Assembly: GCA_964448855.1 (NCBI GenBank)
Contig: CAYUXI010000013.1
Location: 674 to 64,673, forward strand
DNA: 64,000 nucleotides
Reading direction: 5' to 3'
Source of the DNA: an uncultured Oscillospiraceae bacterium
GTDB lineage: Bacteria > Bacillota > Clostridia > Oscillospirales > QAMX01
The first letter of the stretch is position 1. Each line of letters begins with the position of its first letter. A model generated the notes under the pieces. It did not search any database. It saw only the letters and a list, made by a program, of their open reading frames with translations, and was not told the origin of the DNA. The position numbers and the translations under genes are program-made. Positions 18,531 through 29,219 of this stretch are shown piece after piece.

Positions 18531-19928
18531 TCAGAAGCCGAAATAGGCCTTGGCGTTGTCATGCGAAATGCCTGCGACAATCCGGTTCAAGAGCGCCGGG
18601 TCGTTCGGGAATTCCCCGTCATCGACCCATGTGCCGATCAGGTTGCAGAGGATGCGGCGGAAGTATTCATGGCGCGGATAGGACAGGAAGCTACGGGAGT
18701 CAGTCAGCATACCGACAAAGGTGGACAGCAGGTTCAGGCTGGCCGTTTCGCGGAGCTGCTTCTCCATCCCGTCCTTATGGTCAATGAACCACCAGGCGGA
18801 GCCGAACTGCGTTTTGCCCCGGACACCTGTCCCTGTGAAGCAGCCGCAGAGTGCGAGCATGGCATAGAAATCCTTCGGGTTCAGCGTGTACAGAATGGTG
18901 CGCGGCAGCTCGGATTCCCGGTCAATCCGATCCAGCATACGCGACAGGCTGGAGGCGACTTCGAAGTCGGACATGGTGTCGAAGCCGGTATCCTTGCCGA
19001 TGCGGTTGAACATCTTCGTGCTGTTGTTCCGCATGGCGCCGCAGTGCAGCTGCATCGTCCAGTCCTTTTTGGCAAAATAACCGGCCAGGCAGAAGAGGAT
19101 GTAGGATTTGTATCCGTCCGCTTCCTCGGTGGTCAGAGTGCCGCCGTTCATCTTCTTGGCAAACACGCGCTGCGCTTCCGCGCCGTCCGCCTGTGTGGCC
19201 GGGAGGCGGCCAAAGTCATGGTCAGAGAGGCGGCAGCCGTGCTCAGCAAAATAGTCCACGCGGCGATACAGCGCCTTCAGCACGTCCTCCACGTTCTGAA
19301 TCGCGACGCCGGACACATCGGCCAGCTTGGCAATGTAGTCAGCAAAATCGTCCTTTTCGATCAGGACGGCGCGATCCGGCCGGAAGGTCGGGCGGACAGA
19401 GCAGCCCGATACCGGGTTGTTGGCGATGGCCTGATGCCATTCCAGCGAATCGATCGGGTCGTCCGTCGTGCAGATGACCTCGACGTTGGAGGAGGTGATG
19501 AAGCTGCGGGCAGACGTCTCCGGCTTGGCCAGGACGGCGTTCATCTGGTCATACAGCTCTCTCGCGTTGTCCGCAGTCAGCGCCTCGTCAATCCCGAAGA
19601 AGTGGTGCATTTCCAGGTGCGTCCAGTGGTAGAGCGGGTTGCCAACGGCGCATTCCAGCGTTTTGGCATAGGCCAAAAACTTGTCGAAATCGTCGGCATC
19701 GCCCGTGATATAGGCTTCATCCACACCGGCCAGGCGCATCAGACGCCATTTGTAATGGTCGCCGCCGAGCCACGCTTCCGTGATGGTCTGATAGCGGCGG
19801 TCGCCTGCGATTTCAGCCGGGCTGAGGTGGCAGTGATAGTCAATGATCGGGAGGGGCTCCGCGACGGAATGGAACAGGTTCTGTGCGGTTTTCCCCTTCA
19901 GGAGGAAATTTTCATGCATGAATTTCAT
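18531..19928 (-). CDS. uxaC: Glucuronate isomerase
   Basis: PIIDYHCHLSP, GDHYKWRLMR, CTTDDP, GSAWWFIDH, DSRSFLSYPRHEYFRRILC. Confidence 0.96.
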   Translation of the reverse strand: MKFMHENFLLKGKTAQNLFHSVAEPLPIIDYHCHLSPAEIAGDRRYQTITEAWLGGDHYKWRLMRLAGVDEAYITGDADDFDKFLAYAKTLECAVGNPLYHWTHLEMHHFFGIDEALTADNARELYDQMNAVLAKPETSARSFITSSNVEVICTTDDPIDSLEWHQAIANNPVSGCSVRPTFRPDRAVLIEKDDFADYIAKLADVSGVAIQNVEDVLKALYRRVDYFAEHGCRLSDHDFGRLPATQADGAEAQRVFAKKMNGGTLTTEEADGYKSYILFCLAGYFAKKDWTMQLHCGAMRNNSTKMFNRIGKDTGFDTMSDFEVASSLSRMLDRIDRESELPRTILYTLNPKDFYAMLALCGCFTGTGVRGKTQFGSAWWFIDHKDGMEKQLRETASLNLLSTFVGMLTDSRSFLSYPRHEYFRRILCNLIGTWVDDGEFPNDPALLNRIVAGISHDNAKAYFGF

Positions 19929-19938
19929 GTGGATGACC

Positions 19939-21318
19939 TCATTTCTCTTGTGTAGTGGTTGAACCGGCCAGCTGTGCCGCAACGCGGTTGACGTTGCCTG
20001 CGCCGCAGGTCAGGATCAGGTCGCCCGGCTGTGCCATTGCGGCCAGGCAGGCCGCCGCATCGTCCAGGGCGGGGATATATTGTGCGCCGGGAATCTCCGC
20101 CGTCAGGTCGGCAGAGGAAATCCCGAAGGTATTCTGTTCGCGTGCGGAATAAATATCCGTACAGACAACGACATCAGCCAGCCGCAGCACCTCGCAGAAG
20201 CGGTCCTTCAGTGCGACGGTTCTGGAATACGTATGCGGCTGGAACAGGCAGATAACCCGTTGGTAGCCAAGCGTTTTAGCGGTTTTCAGCGTGGTTTCCA
20301 GTTCATCCGGGTGGTGGGCGTAATCATCCACCACGACGGCGCCGTTGCAGGTGCCGATGCGCTGGAAGCGGCGCAGCACGCCGGTATAGCTCCGGAGGCC
20401 GCGTGCAATGACATCCGGGGCAAAGCCGTAGCCGCGGAGCACAGCGGCGACCGCCAGCGAATTGTCCAGGTTGTGCTGCCCAGGGACAGCCAGCTCGATG
20501 TCGCAGAGCGGCGTCCCGTTTTCGGTCAGGGTATAGGCCGCGCAGCCTTGCTGCATCCGAACAGCTTCCGCCCGGTATTGTCCGTCGCCGCCGAACGTCA
20601 GGATGCGGCGATTCAGACCGGCGACGGCGCGCATGGCGTTTTCATTCGCCGCGTTCACGACGACCAGCCCGTGCTCCGGTGTGTGCTCCGCGAACACGCG
20701 AAATGCGCCGATGATCTCTTCGATTCCGGAATAATAGTCGAGGTGATCAGGCTCGACATTCAAAATCACAGCCGTTTCCGGATACAGCTCGTGGAAGGAG
20801 CGGCGGTATTCGCACGACTCCGCGACGAACCAGGGGCTGTGACCCAGTGTATAGGTGCCGTGGATTTCCGGCAGCGGTGCGCCCAGAAACGCAGTCGGCG
20901 ACTGGTCATCCTGCAGCAGGACATGGGTCAGCATACCGGAGACCGTCGATTTCCCGTGTGTGCCCGAAACGCCGATCGAATGCGGGTATTCGCGCATGAT
21001 CTGTCCCAGCACCTGCGGGCGCTCGATGATGGGAATGCCGGCTGCCCGCGCATAAACGATATCCGGTGAGGTGTCGGCAATGGCGGCGTTGCGGACGATG
21101 ACCGCTGCGCCTTCGACATATTCCGGCCGGTGTCCGATGGCGACCGGGATGCCATGCTCGCGCAGCATGGCGGTATTCTCGGATTCGTCGCGGTCGCTGC
21201 CGGTGATGTGCGCACCGCGCCGGGCAAGCTCCAGCGCAAGGGAGGACATCATGACACCGCCGATTCCGATGAAGTGAATCCGTGCATGGTTTGCAACGGC
21301 CTGTTCAAGCTGTTCCAT
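19939..21318 (-). CDS. murC: UDP-N-acetylmuramate--L-alanine ligase
   Basis: IHFIGIGG, GTHGKSTV, ESCEY, EPDHLDYY, DDYAHHPDE, FQPHTYSRT. Confidence 0.95.
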   Translation of the reverse strand: MEQLEQAVANHARIHFIGIGGVMMSSLALELARRGAHITGSDRDESENTAMLREHGIPVAIGHRPEYVEGAAVIVRNAAIADTSPDIVYARAAGIPIIERPQVLGQIMREYPHSIGVSGTHGKSTVSGMLTHVLLQDDQSPTAFLGAPLPEIHGTYTLGHSPWFVAESCEYRRSFHELYPETAVILNVEPDHLDYYSGIEEIIGAFRVFAEHTPEHGLVVVNAANENAMRAVAGLNRRILTFGGDGQYRAEAVRMQQGCAAYTLTENGTPLCDIELAVPGQHNLDNSLAVAAVLRGYGFAPDVIARGLRSYTGVLRRFQRIGTCNGAVVVDDYAHHPDELETTLKTAKTLGYQRVICLFQPHTYSRTVALKDRFCEVLRLADVVVCTDIYSAREQNTFGISSADLTAEIPGAQYIPALDDAAACLAAMAQPGDLILTCGAGNVNRVAAQLAGSTTTQEK

Positions 21319-21353
21319 TCTGAAACAATCGCCTCCGATTTCAGGATTTGGCA

Positions 21354-22382
21354 CTACATCCGCTGAATCTGCCGTTTGCGGGCGATGTTCAGCGTTCCGT
21401 CCTGCATGGCAGTCAGGTTGTCGAGCGCTTTGCCGGTTCCGTAGGCCACGCACGACACCGCATCCTCTGCAATGTGTGTTTCAATCCCGGTATGGGATGC
21501 AATCAGCCGGTCAAAGCCGTAGACAAGGCTGCCACCGCCGGTCATGGTGATGCCGTTGGTGGAGATGTCGGAGACCAGCTCCGGCGGTGTCCGTTCCAGC
21601 ACGGAGTGTACCGCTTCGATGATATTCACGGTGACTTCTTCGAATGCTTCCATGATCTCCGAGGAGCTGACCATGAAGACCTTTGGCAGGCCGGACATCA
21701 GGCAGCGCCCCTTGACGTCCATCGTCAGGTCCTCCGGGCGCGGATAGACGCAGCCGATGTTGATTTTCAGCTCCTCCGCTGTGCGTTCGCCGATCATGAC
21801 ATTGTGCTTGCGCTTGATGTATTTGATGATGGCTTCGTCGAACTTGTCGCCGGCGATTTTGATCGAGCAGGATTCCACGATGCCGCCTAAGGACATAACA
21901 GCGATATCCGTTGTGCCGCCGCCGATATCGACGACCATGTTGCCGTTGGGCTTGGTGATGTCGATGCCTGCGCCGATGGCTGCGGCGACCGGCTCCTCAA
22001 TCAGGTAGACCTGTCGGCCACCGGCCTGCAGGCCTGCGTCAAAGACGGCGCGTTCCTCCACCTCCGTGATGCCGCTCGGCACGCAGATCACGATGCGTGG
22101 TTTGAACAGGCGAAAGCCGCAGACCTTTTTGATGAATTCGCGAATCATGCGCTGGGTGATTTCATAATCCGAAATCACGCCGTCTCGCAGCGGACGGATG
22201 GCAACGATGTTGCCGGGGGTGCGACCCAGCATCCGCTGAGCCTCCGTGCCGATGGCCAGCATCCGGCCGGTCTCCTTATTCAGCGCAACCACACTCGGTT
22301 CGCGCAGAACAATCCCTTTTCCTTTGACATAAACAAGGATCGTCGCGGTTCCGAGATCGATCCCGATGTCGCTTGTAAACAT
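21354..22382 (-). CDS. mreB: Rod shape-determining actin-like protein (MreB/Mbl)
   Basis: IGIDLGTA, EPSVVA, RPLRDGVISD, EEPVAAAIGAG, DIGGGTTD, TGGGSL. Confidence 0.93.
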   Translation of the reverse strand: MFTSDIGIDLGTATILVYVKGKGIVLREPSVVALNKETGRMLAIGTEAQRMLGRTPGNIVAIRPLRDGVISDYEITQRMIREFIKKVCGFRLFKPRIVICVPSGITEVEERAVFDAGLQAGGRQVYLIEEPVAAAIGAGIDITKPNGNMVVDIGGGTTDIAVMSLGGIVESCSIKIAGDKFDEAIIKYIKRKHNVMIGERTAEELKINIGCVYPRPEDLTMDVKGRCLMSGLPKVFMVSSSEIMEAFEEVTVNIIEAVHSVLERTPPELVSDISTNGITMTGGGSLVYGFDRLIASHTGIETHIAEDAVSCVAYGTGKALDNLTAMQDGTLNIARKRQIQRM

Positions 22383-22466
22383 ATCTGTCATCACAGTCTT
22401 TCTGAACGATTCTTCTGATGATATCAATCTATTCTATATTATATAACATTCGTGCGTTCATTTCAA

Positions 22467-23183
22467 CTACTTTTCTGTTTTTTGCTTCGTTCGGGCAATT
22501 GTCACGCAGACAACCTCCTCCGGCAGCAGGTAGGATACCGTTTTGGCGGCCTCTGCGAGGGTGGCACCGGTGGTCAGAATGTCGTCTGCCAGCAGGATGC
22601 GTTTGCCGATGGCCAGCGGTGCGCTGTTGGCAACCGGCATGAACACGCCGATGACGTTTGCGCGGCGCTGCTTCTCGTCCAGTGCGGACTGTGGCGGGGT
22701 ATCGGTCGTCTTTTCGATCAGCTGTGCAAAGGGCAGCTCCAGCCGTTCGGCCAGCGCTTCTGCAAACAGTCGCGCCTGATCATAGCCGCGCTGTCGCAGT
22801 CGTGCAGCCGAGACCGGGACATAGGTGACGAGCTCCGGCATGGTCAGGCTGCCGTCGCGGACGGCGCGCCGAACCGCCTCCGCCGCATAGGCGGCAAACA
22901 CCGGTGCATAGGAGCGGACGCTTTGAAACTTGTATCGCAGCACGGCATCCCGCAATGCGCCCTCATAGTAAAACGGTGCCACGATGAACGAGGCGAACGA
23001 AATCTGGCGTGTTTGCGCCGTCTGGCATTCCGCGCCGTTTGCCGTCGTTTTCGGCAATTGGTCTTCGCAGACGGAACAGACCGCGTTCTCCGCGCCGTCC
23101 ACGATGCGGCGGCAGATCGGGCAGCGCGAGGGATACAGGACAGACACCAGTCCCTGTCCGATTCGGCGCAGCCGCTTCAGCAT
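22467..23183 (-). CDS. comF: ComF family amidophosphoribosyltransferase-like protein
   Basis: CPIC...CSVC zinc ribbon, RQRGYDQA, ILLADDILTTGATL. Confidence 0.9.
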   Translation of the reverse strand: MLKRLRRIGQGLVSVLYPSRCPICRRIVDGAENAVCSVCEDQLPKTTANGAECQTAQTRQISFASFIVAPFYYEGALRDAVLRYKFQSVRSYAPVFAAYAAEAVRRAVRDGSLTMPELVTYVPVSAARLRQRGYDQARLFAEALAERLELPFAQLIEKTTDTPPQSALDEKQRRANVIGVFMPVANSAPLAIGKRILLADDILTTGATLAEAAKTVSYLLPEEVVCVTIARTKQKTEK

Positions 23184-25435
23184 GGCTCTTCGCCCGCCTG
23201 ATAGGCCGTCAGCCGCACCAGAAAGCCGCTGTAGCGCTTCAGGCGCCGCCGATTTTCCACCATGGCCGCCACCGATTCCGGGTTGCCGACGATGATCAGC
23301 AGCTCCTTGGCGCGGGTCATGGCCGTATAAAACAGGTTGCGGTTGACCAGTCGGGAGCGAACGAGCGACGCGACAAAGATGACGGCGCGGAATTCGCTGC
23401 CCTGCGCCTTGTGGACGGTGATGGCATAAGCGTGTTCCAGATCGTTGAGCATATCAAATGCGTAGTCGCAGGCTTTGTCATCGAATTCGACCGTGACCGT
23501 CTGCGCGGACGGATTGATCTGGCGAATGACGCCGATATCGCCGTTGAACACACCGCGCCCCTCTTCCGTTGCGGGCATTCCCGGCTGGCGCTTCCATTCG
23601 AGGTCGTAGTTGTTGCGGATTTGCATGACGCGATCGCCGACGCGGAACGTCGTCCGGCCATTGGCGCGCTCCGCCTTGCCCTCCGCAGCCGGGTTGATCA
23701 GGTCGCGCAGCACCTCATTCAGGCGAATCACGCCCTCCGCATATTGGCGGGACGGCGACAGCACCTGGATGTCCTCCGGCGGAATGCCCATATTTTGGGG
23801 CAGGCGGCGCGTGCAGAGATCGGCGACCGTGGCAACCACCTCGTCGCCCGTCCGGCGGTTCAGGAAAAAGAAATCCTTTTTGTTGTTGGAGAGCTTCGGC
23901 TGTTCGCCGCGGTTGACGGCGTGGGCATTCATGATGATGTCGCTTTCCTGCGCCTGGCGGAAGACCTCATCGAGGTGAATCGAGCGCGCCAGGCCGCTCC
24001 GGATGACATCCGACAGCACGGTGCCGGGGCCGACGGAGGGCAGCTGATCCGGGTCGCCGACCAGAATCAGGCGGCAGCTGTTTTTCACGGCGCGGAGCAG
24101 CGATGCAAACAGCGGCAGATCGACCATGGAGACCTCGTCTAAGATCACAGTATCCGCGTCGAGCGGGTTGTTTTCGTTGCGGGCAAAGCGCAGGCCGTTG
24201 TCCGCGTAGGTCACTTCCAGCAGCCGGTGAATCGTTTTCGCTTCGCGGCCACACAGCTCGCTGAGCCGTTTGGCTGCGCGGCCAGTCGGTGCGGCCAGCA
24301 GCGTTTTGGCGTTCATGCGGTCGAGCAGGCCGAGCATCCCGCGCACGGCGGTCGTTTTCCCGGTACCCGGTCCACCGGTCAGCACCATGACCGGTTCGGC
24401 CACCGATGCGGCCACCGCTTCGCGCTGCTTGGCAGAAAAGTCAAAGCCGAAGCTCTGCTCCAGCTCCGCAATGGCCTTGTCTACGCCGCGTGGCGGTTCA
24501 TAGTGGCGCGACGCCAGAAAGACCAGTCGCCGCGCCGTGGCGTCCTCCGCTTCGTACATTTCACGGAGATAGCACATCGTCACGCCGTTGATCGGGCAGA
24601 GGACGATGGTTTCGGCGGCGCGCATCAGCTCCATGGCTTCGGAGACCAGCTCCGGATCCAGCGACAGAAACTGCGCCGTTACATCCGTCAGGCGGTCGAG
24701 CGGCAGGCAGACGTGGCCTTCATTTTCGTTATAGGACAGTTCAAATGCAATCCCCGCCTGGATGCGTTCGAGCGATTCCGGGCCAAAGCCGAAGCTCTGC
24801 GCCATCTGATCGACCTGTCGAAAATCGACGCAGTACGGGTTCAGCACGAGCTGGTAGGGGTTTTCCGTGACAAAGTCGCGGCTTTTATGGCCGTAGCGCT
24901 TGTAGACGGCCATGGCCACCGACAGATCGATGCCGTATTCGGCAAAAAAGGTCATCAGCTCGCAGACGGCAATCTTCGTCCGCAGCTCAGCCGAAATCGC
25001 CTCGGCCGTTCTCTGGGTGATGCCGCGGATGGAGAGGAGCTCTTCGGGGTGATTCTCGAGGATTTCAAAGGTTTCGATGCCGAATTTGGAGACGATTTTC
25101 CGGGCAGTGACCGGGCCGATGCCCTTGATCGCGCCGGAGGCCAGATAGCGCAGAATCGCGCCCGTCTCTGCCGGGAGCATCCGGTCAATGTGCGTACACT
25201 TCAGCTGGCTGCCGTAGATGGCATGGGTCGTGTAGACGCCCTCGGCATAGATGCTTTCGCCCTCTCCGGGGTATGGAATCGTGCCGACAGCCGTCACAAC
25301 GCCGCCCTCTGCCAGCTCCACCTCAATCACCGAGTAGCCGTTTTCTTCATTTGTATAGACCACAGACACAATGTCTCCGCTGATGGTCACGGTTTCTCCG
25401 GCATCGGCCGGAACGGCATGGTATGCTTCCGTCAA
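23177..25435 (-). CDS. recD2: ATP-dependent RecD2-like DNA helicase
   Basis: HhH motif IKGIGPVTA, LTGGPGTGKTT, APTGRAAKRL, DEVSMVD, GDPDQLPSV, AYAITVHKAQGSEF. Confidence 0.93.
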   Translation of the reverse strand: MTEAYHAVPADAGETVTISGDIVSVVYTNEENGYSVIEVELAEGGVVTAVGTIPYPGEGESIYAEGVYTTHAIYGSQLKCTHIDRMLPAETGAILRYLASGAIKGIGPVTARKIVSKFGIETFEILENHPEELLSIRGITQRTAEAISAELRTKIAVCELMTFFAEYGIDLSVAMAVYKRYGHKSRDFVTENPYQLVLNPYCVDFRQVDQMAQSFGFGPESLERIQAGIAFELSYNENEGHVCLPLDRLTDVTAQFLSLDPELVSEAMELMRAAETIVLCPINGVTMCYLREMYEAEDATARRLVFLASRHYEPPRGVDKAIAELEQSFGFDFSAKQREAVAASVAEPVMVLTGGPGTGKTTAVRGMLGLLDRMNAKTLLAAPTGRAAKRLSELCGREAKTIHRLLEVTYADNGLRFARNENNPLDADTVILDEVSMVDLPLFASLLRAVKNSCRLILVGDPDQLPSVGPGTVLSDVIRSGLARSIHLDEVFRQAQESDIIMNAHAVNRGEQPKLSNNKKDFFFLNRRTGDEVVATVADLCTRRLPQNMGIPPEDIQVLSPSRQYAEGVIRLNEVLRDLINPAAEGKAERANGRTTFRVGDRVMQIRNNYDLEWKRQPGMPATEEGRGVFNGDIGVIRQINPSAQTVTVEFDDKACDYAFDMLNDLEHAYAITVHKAQGSEFRAVIFVASLVRSRLVNRNLFYTAMTRAKELLIIVGNPESVAAMVENRRRLKRYSGFLVRLTAYQAGEEPC

Positions 25436-25616
25436 AGGCGTCCCCTCCTGTCTCCCTTTATTCTACAACACTCCCGGCAAAAAAGCAAGTATCTTTCGCC
25501 GTGTGCGCAATGGATTGCGCTCCTGTTTTTCCGATTCGGCTCATTTTTTCCGCAAAAAGCACCCCACTGCTCAGGGGTCGGATGGAGCCTGGGCAATGGG
25601 GTGTCCGTTGAACGGT

Positions 25617-25898
25617 TCAGCATTCGTAGTCGGCGGCAAGGCGCGTGGCAATCAGGTGGTGAAAGTGCGTCTTCGCTTCCAGATGGAGCGGGTGGACGGT
25701 ATAATTTTGCAGCGCCTCACGGCTTTCGAATTCGGAATACAGCGCATAATCCGCGCCCTGGTAGGCCTGACGGATTTCCAGGTGCAGCAGACCCGGAATC
25801 TGCCCCACGAGGGGCTCCAGTGCGGCGCGGACAGTGGCCACGGCCGCCGCTTTGTCAGCGGTTTCCCGGAGGGTATAGAGAACGATATGCTTGACCAT
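25617..25898 (-). CDS. Dabb (stress-responsive A/B barrel) protein
   Basis: MVKHIVLY, IPGL, EFESREALQNYTVHPLH, ADYE. Confidence 0.85.
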   Translation of the reverse strand: MVKHIVLYTLRETADKAAAVATVRAALEPLVGQIPGLLHLEIRQAYQGADYALYSEFESREALQNYTVHPLHLEAKTHFHHLIATRLAADYEC

Positions 25899-25929
25899 GC
25901 AGGACAGCTCCTTTTGGCGGTTGAGATGG

Positions 25930-26430
25930 TTATTCCGAGCGCAGCGGTCGGGCGCGGCGGAAGCGCTTTTCACAGGCGCGCTTTTTCCGCTCCATGCGGC
26001 TCGTTTTGTACGCAAGCGGCTCGACCAGCACGGTATGGATCCCGGCGAGATTGCCGCCGACAATGTCCGTAAAAATCTGGTCACCGACAGCGACGGCCTC
26101 CCGGCGGCGAATCCGCAGCTTCCGGAGCGCGCGCAGATAGCCGATCGGCAGCGGCTTCATCGCCATGGAAACGCATTCGACGTTCAGCGCCTGGCAGAAG
26201 GGCAAAACCCGATGCGTTTTCCCGTTGGTGAGGATGCAGATTTGCAGCCCGCTCTCCCGGAGCTGTTGAATCCACCGGGCAATGGGTTCGCTGGGTTCCG
26301 TCTTATAATAGGGTGCGAGGGTATCATCGAGATCGCAGAGCACGGCCTTGACGCCGCGGCTCCGAAGCCATTCGGGTGTCAGGTCGCGGATGCTGTTCAT
26401 CTGCGTCACCGGGTAGAATATGCGGGTCAT
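25930..26430 (-). CDS. YqeG family HAD IIIA phosphatase
   Basis: DLDDTL, TNG, MKPLP, VGDQIFTDIVGGN. Confidence 0.88.
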   Translation of the reverse strand: MTRIFYPVTQMNSIRDLTPEWLRSRGVKAVLCDLDDTLAPYYKTEPSEPIARWIQQLRESGLQICILTNGKTHRVLPFCQALNVECVSMAMKPLPIGYLRALRKLRIRRREAVAVGDQIFTDIVGGNLAGIHTVLVEPLAYKTSRMERKKRACEKRFRRARPLRSE

Positions 26431-26599
26431 AGCAGCCTCCGATGCAGTCTGTCCTTCGGCAGCACTGCGTATCGCATCATGATGCCGGTTTCTGTGCATA
26501 TTATAGCATTGATGGCGGCGGAATTCCAGCAGATATTGTGTCAGAACCGTAAATTCTTTGGCCGAACCGTCTTGACTGGGCAGAGAGGGTGGATGTTTC

Positions 26600-27238
26600 A
26601 TGTCAGAAATTCCCGTTTTTCAGGTGTTGGGGGCTGCCGAAAGCGGTTCGGACAGCCGATACCGGCAGATGCGGCTCGGCTGGCGCTCATCGCCGGACGG
26701 CCTGCTGATTCCGAGCAAAGCGCTCCCCTGTCAGGTGCTGCACCTCTCCGGCGTTCTGCCGCCGGTTCCGGATGCTTTGGTGCAGCTGCTCCATGCAGAG
26801 TGTCGGCGGGTGGGTGCTGACGGCGTTTTTCTGGACATCCCGCCGGAGTCGGCGTCGCTGGCCGATACCGCTGCACGTCTTGCTCGCCTCGGCTGCACCG
26901 TCTACGGGCGGTCGGCGGCTGGCGGGATGATCCCGACGTACCCGGAGGCGGAGCGGCCGGAATCAGTCGGGCGGTTCGCCGTTTCCCTGACCCGCCGCGC
27001 CACGCTGACCACGCTCGGAAGCGACAGCGCCGTCCGTCAGACGCTTTCGCCGTCGGAGCTGCAGGCACTTCTGCGCCGTTATGCGCCGCAGGTCGCCTTT
27101 TCGCGTGAGCTGGCTGCCAATTACTGCACGCTGGCAGCCGATCAGAGGACACAGTTTCTGCTGTTTGATACCGATGAGACGATGCAGTTTCGTCTTCTGC
27201 GGCTGGCCGAATCCGGCGCGGTCGCCTGCTTTCTGTGA
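26600..27238 (+). CDS. Hypothetical protein, C-terminus resembles a degenerate GH18 spore-protein end
   Basis: ATG after GAGGGTGG; FSRELAANYCT...FLLFDTDETMQFRL; no catalytic DxDxE. Confidence 0.5.
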   Translation: MSEIPVFQVLGAAESGSDSRYRQMRLGWRSSPDGLLIPSKALPCQVLHLSGVLPPVPDALVQLLHAECRRVGADGVFLDIPPESASLADTAARLARLGCTVYGRSAAGGMIPTYPEAERPESVGRFAVSLTRRATLTTLGSDSAVRQTLSPSELQALLRRYAPQVAFSRELAANYCTLAADQRTQFLLFDTDETMQFRLLRLAESGAVACFL

Positions 27239-27398
27239 GGCGGGTGTCCGTCTGCGTATTTTTTCTGTCCGATGAAAAAAACCTGTCGTCAAGCGTGTTG
27301 TTTTGTGTTATAATGGTAACGGGTGATGCGGCAGCGCCGCACATATCCGGTGGCCGTGTCCCCGATCTGCATTCTGAATTCAGAAAGGATGAATTGCC

Positions 27399-28373
27399 AT
27401 GAACCAAGTGAAAGTCGCTTTCTGCGGCTGCGGAGGAATCTGCAAATTCCATCTGAGCCATCTCGTTCTCTTTGACGATGTCGAATTTGTCGGATTTTTT
27501 GACATTCGTCCGGAGCGCGCAGAAGAAAAACGGCAGATGGCCGGCGCAGGGACGGTCTATTCCAGCCTCTGCGAAATGCTCGACAGCGCGCAGCCGGACA
27601 TCCTCTACATCTGTGTTCCCCCGGATCAGCACGGCGAAATCGAATTTGAAGCCATTCGCCGCGGCATCAACTTCCTGGTTGAAAAACCAATGGCGTTGAA
27701 TATGACCCTTGCGCATTCCATCCGCGATGCAGCCGAAGCGGCCGGAATCATCACCGCCGTCGGCTTCCAGGATCGTTATCTCGACATCATCGCCCGGACG
27801 AAGGACTTCCTGACCGAGCACCAGGTCGCCTTTGTGGACGGTGCATGGGTCGGCGGCATTCCGGGTGCTTACTGGTGGCCGAAGTATGAGACGTCCGGTG
27901 GGCAGATTGTCGAACAGAATATCCACCATTTCGACATGGTGCGCAACCTGTTCGGCGAGCCGATCTCTGTTTACTGCACGGCGCGGCGCGGTCTGGTGGA
28001 GCGTGAGGGCTACGACCTGCACGACTGCTCCATCGCCACCATCACCTTTGAATCCGGTGTCCTTGCATCCATCTTCACCGGCTGCTACACAAACGGCCAC
28101 CCGGGCTATCACAACGGCCTGCACATTCACTGCGTGGACGGCGAAGTCGATTATCAGCTGCGCAACAACGTCACCTTCAAGACGCAGAATGCCACGCTGA
28201 ATTATCTGCGCGTGGAGGATGCGGGCATTACAGAGGATCGCACCGTCATCGACGCCATCAAGGCGCATGATCAGTCGCTCATCCGCTCCCCCTATCGCGA
28301 TGCCTGCAAGACACTGGCACTGACGCTGGCCTGCAACGAATCCATTCGAACCGGTCAGGTCATCCAACTCTAA
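27399..28373 (+). CDS. Gfo/Idh/MocA oxidoreductase
   Basis: GCGGI Rossmann motif, VEKPMA, VGFQDRY, GGQIVEQNIHHFD. Confidence 0.92.
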   Translation: MNQVKVAFCGCGGICKFHLSHLVLFDDVEFVGFFDIRPERAEEKRQMAGAGTVYSSLCEMLDSAQPDILYICVPPDQHGEIEFEAIRRGINFLVEKPMALNMTLAHSIRDAAEAAGIITAVGFQDRYLDIIARTKDFLTEHQVAFVDGAWVGGIPGAYWWPKYETSGGQIVEQNIHHFDMVRNLFGEPISVYCTARRGLVEREGYDLHDCSIATITFESGVLASIFTGCYTNGHPGYHNGLHIHCVDGEVDYQLRNNVTFKTQNATLNYLRVEDAGITEDRTVIDAIKAHDQSLIRSPYRDACKTLALTLACNESIRTGQVIQL

Positions 28374-28400
28374 TCCGTCTCTACGAAAGGAATTTTACCG

Positions 28401-29189
28401 ATGTTTACTCTTTCTGCCAATGCGGGCTGGTTTGAGGGCGACTCCTACCAGCGCTATTTCGAAGCCGCAAAGCGCGGCTTTACGGCCATTGAAGAGCTTC
28501 GCTGGCTGCACCTGGATCTCGATCGCGTGCGTGCCGTCATTGACGAGAGCGGCGTTGCACAGTCTGCGCTGCTGTTCCAGTCCCACGACGAGGACAAGGC
28601 TGCGCTGATCGCCAACCAGCACGGGATTGTCTGGGAGGATGCCGCAGACGCCTTTGCCTCCTCGATCGAGGAGACGCTGGTCGCCGCGCTGAAGATGAAT
28701 GTCAAGAACATCGTTGTCACCACCGGCAACGAGCGTTCGGACGTCTCGCGGTATGTCCAGCACACCAACGTCGTCACGGCGCTGCGCCGCGGCGCCGACA
28801 TTGTCCGCGGCTCGGGCGTTCAGCTCGTTTTGGAGCCATTGAATGTTCTGGTGAATCACAAGGGCTATTACCTGGTCACGACGGCGGAATCCGTCGAGAT
28901 CATTGACGAGGTCGGTTCGCCGGATGTCCGTCTGCTGTACGATGTCTATCACCAGCAGATCAGCGAGGGCAACGTCATCGACACCATCCGCAACAACATT
29001 TCGAAGATCGGGCATATCCACACCGGCGACGTCCCCGGCCGTCAGGAGCCGGGCACCGGCGAGCTGAACTACAAGAACATCTTCAAGGCCATTGCCGAAA
29101 CGGGCTATGACGGCTTTGTGACGTTTGAGTGCGGCCGCAGTGTCGATGTGGACACGGTCTGCCGGAATATGCTCGCCCTGCTGCCGTAA
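28401..29189 (+). CDS. Hydroxypyruvate isomerase-like TIM barrel
   Basis: LEPLN, YDVYHQQISEGN, HTGDVPGRQEPGTGELNY. Confidence 0.9.
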   Translation: MFTLSANAGWFEGDSYQRYFEAAKRGFTAIEELRWLHLDLDRVRAVIDESGVAQSALLFQSHDEDKAALIANQHGIVWEDAADAFASSIEETLVAALKMNVKNIVVTTGNERSDVSRYVQHTNVVTALRRGADIVRGSGVQLVLEPLNVLVNHKGYYLVTTAESVEIIDEVGSPDVRLLYDVYHQQISEGNVIDTIRNNISKIGHIHTGDVPGRQEPGTGELNYKNIFKAIAETGYDGFVTFECGRSVDVDTVCRNMLALLP

Positions 29190-29219
29190 GCAGTCACAGG
29201 GGAAAGGAGCGTTTTGCAT

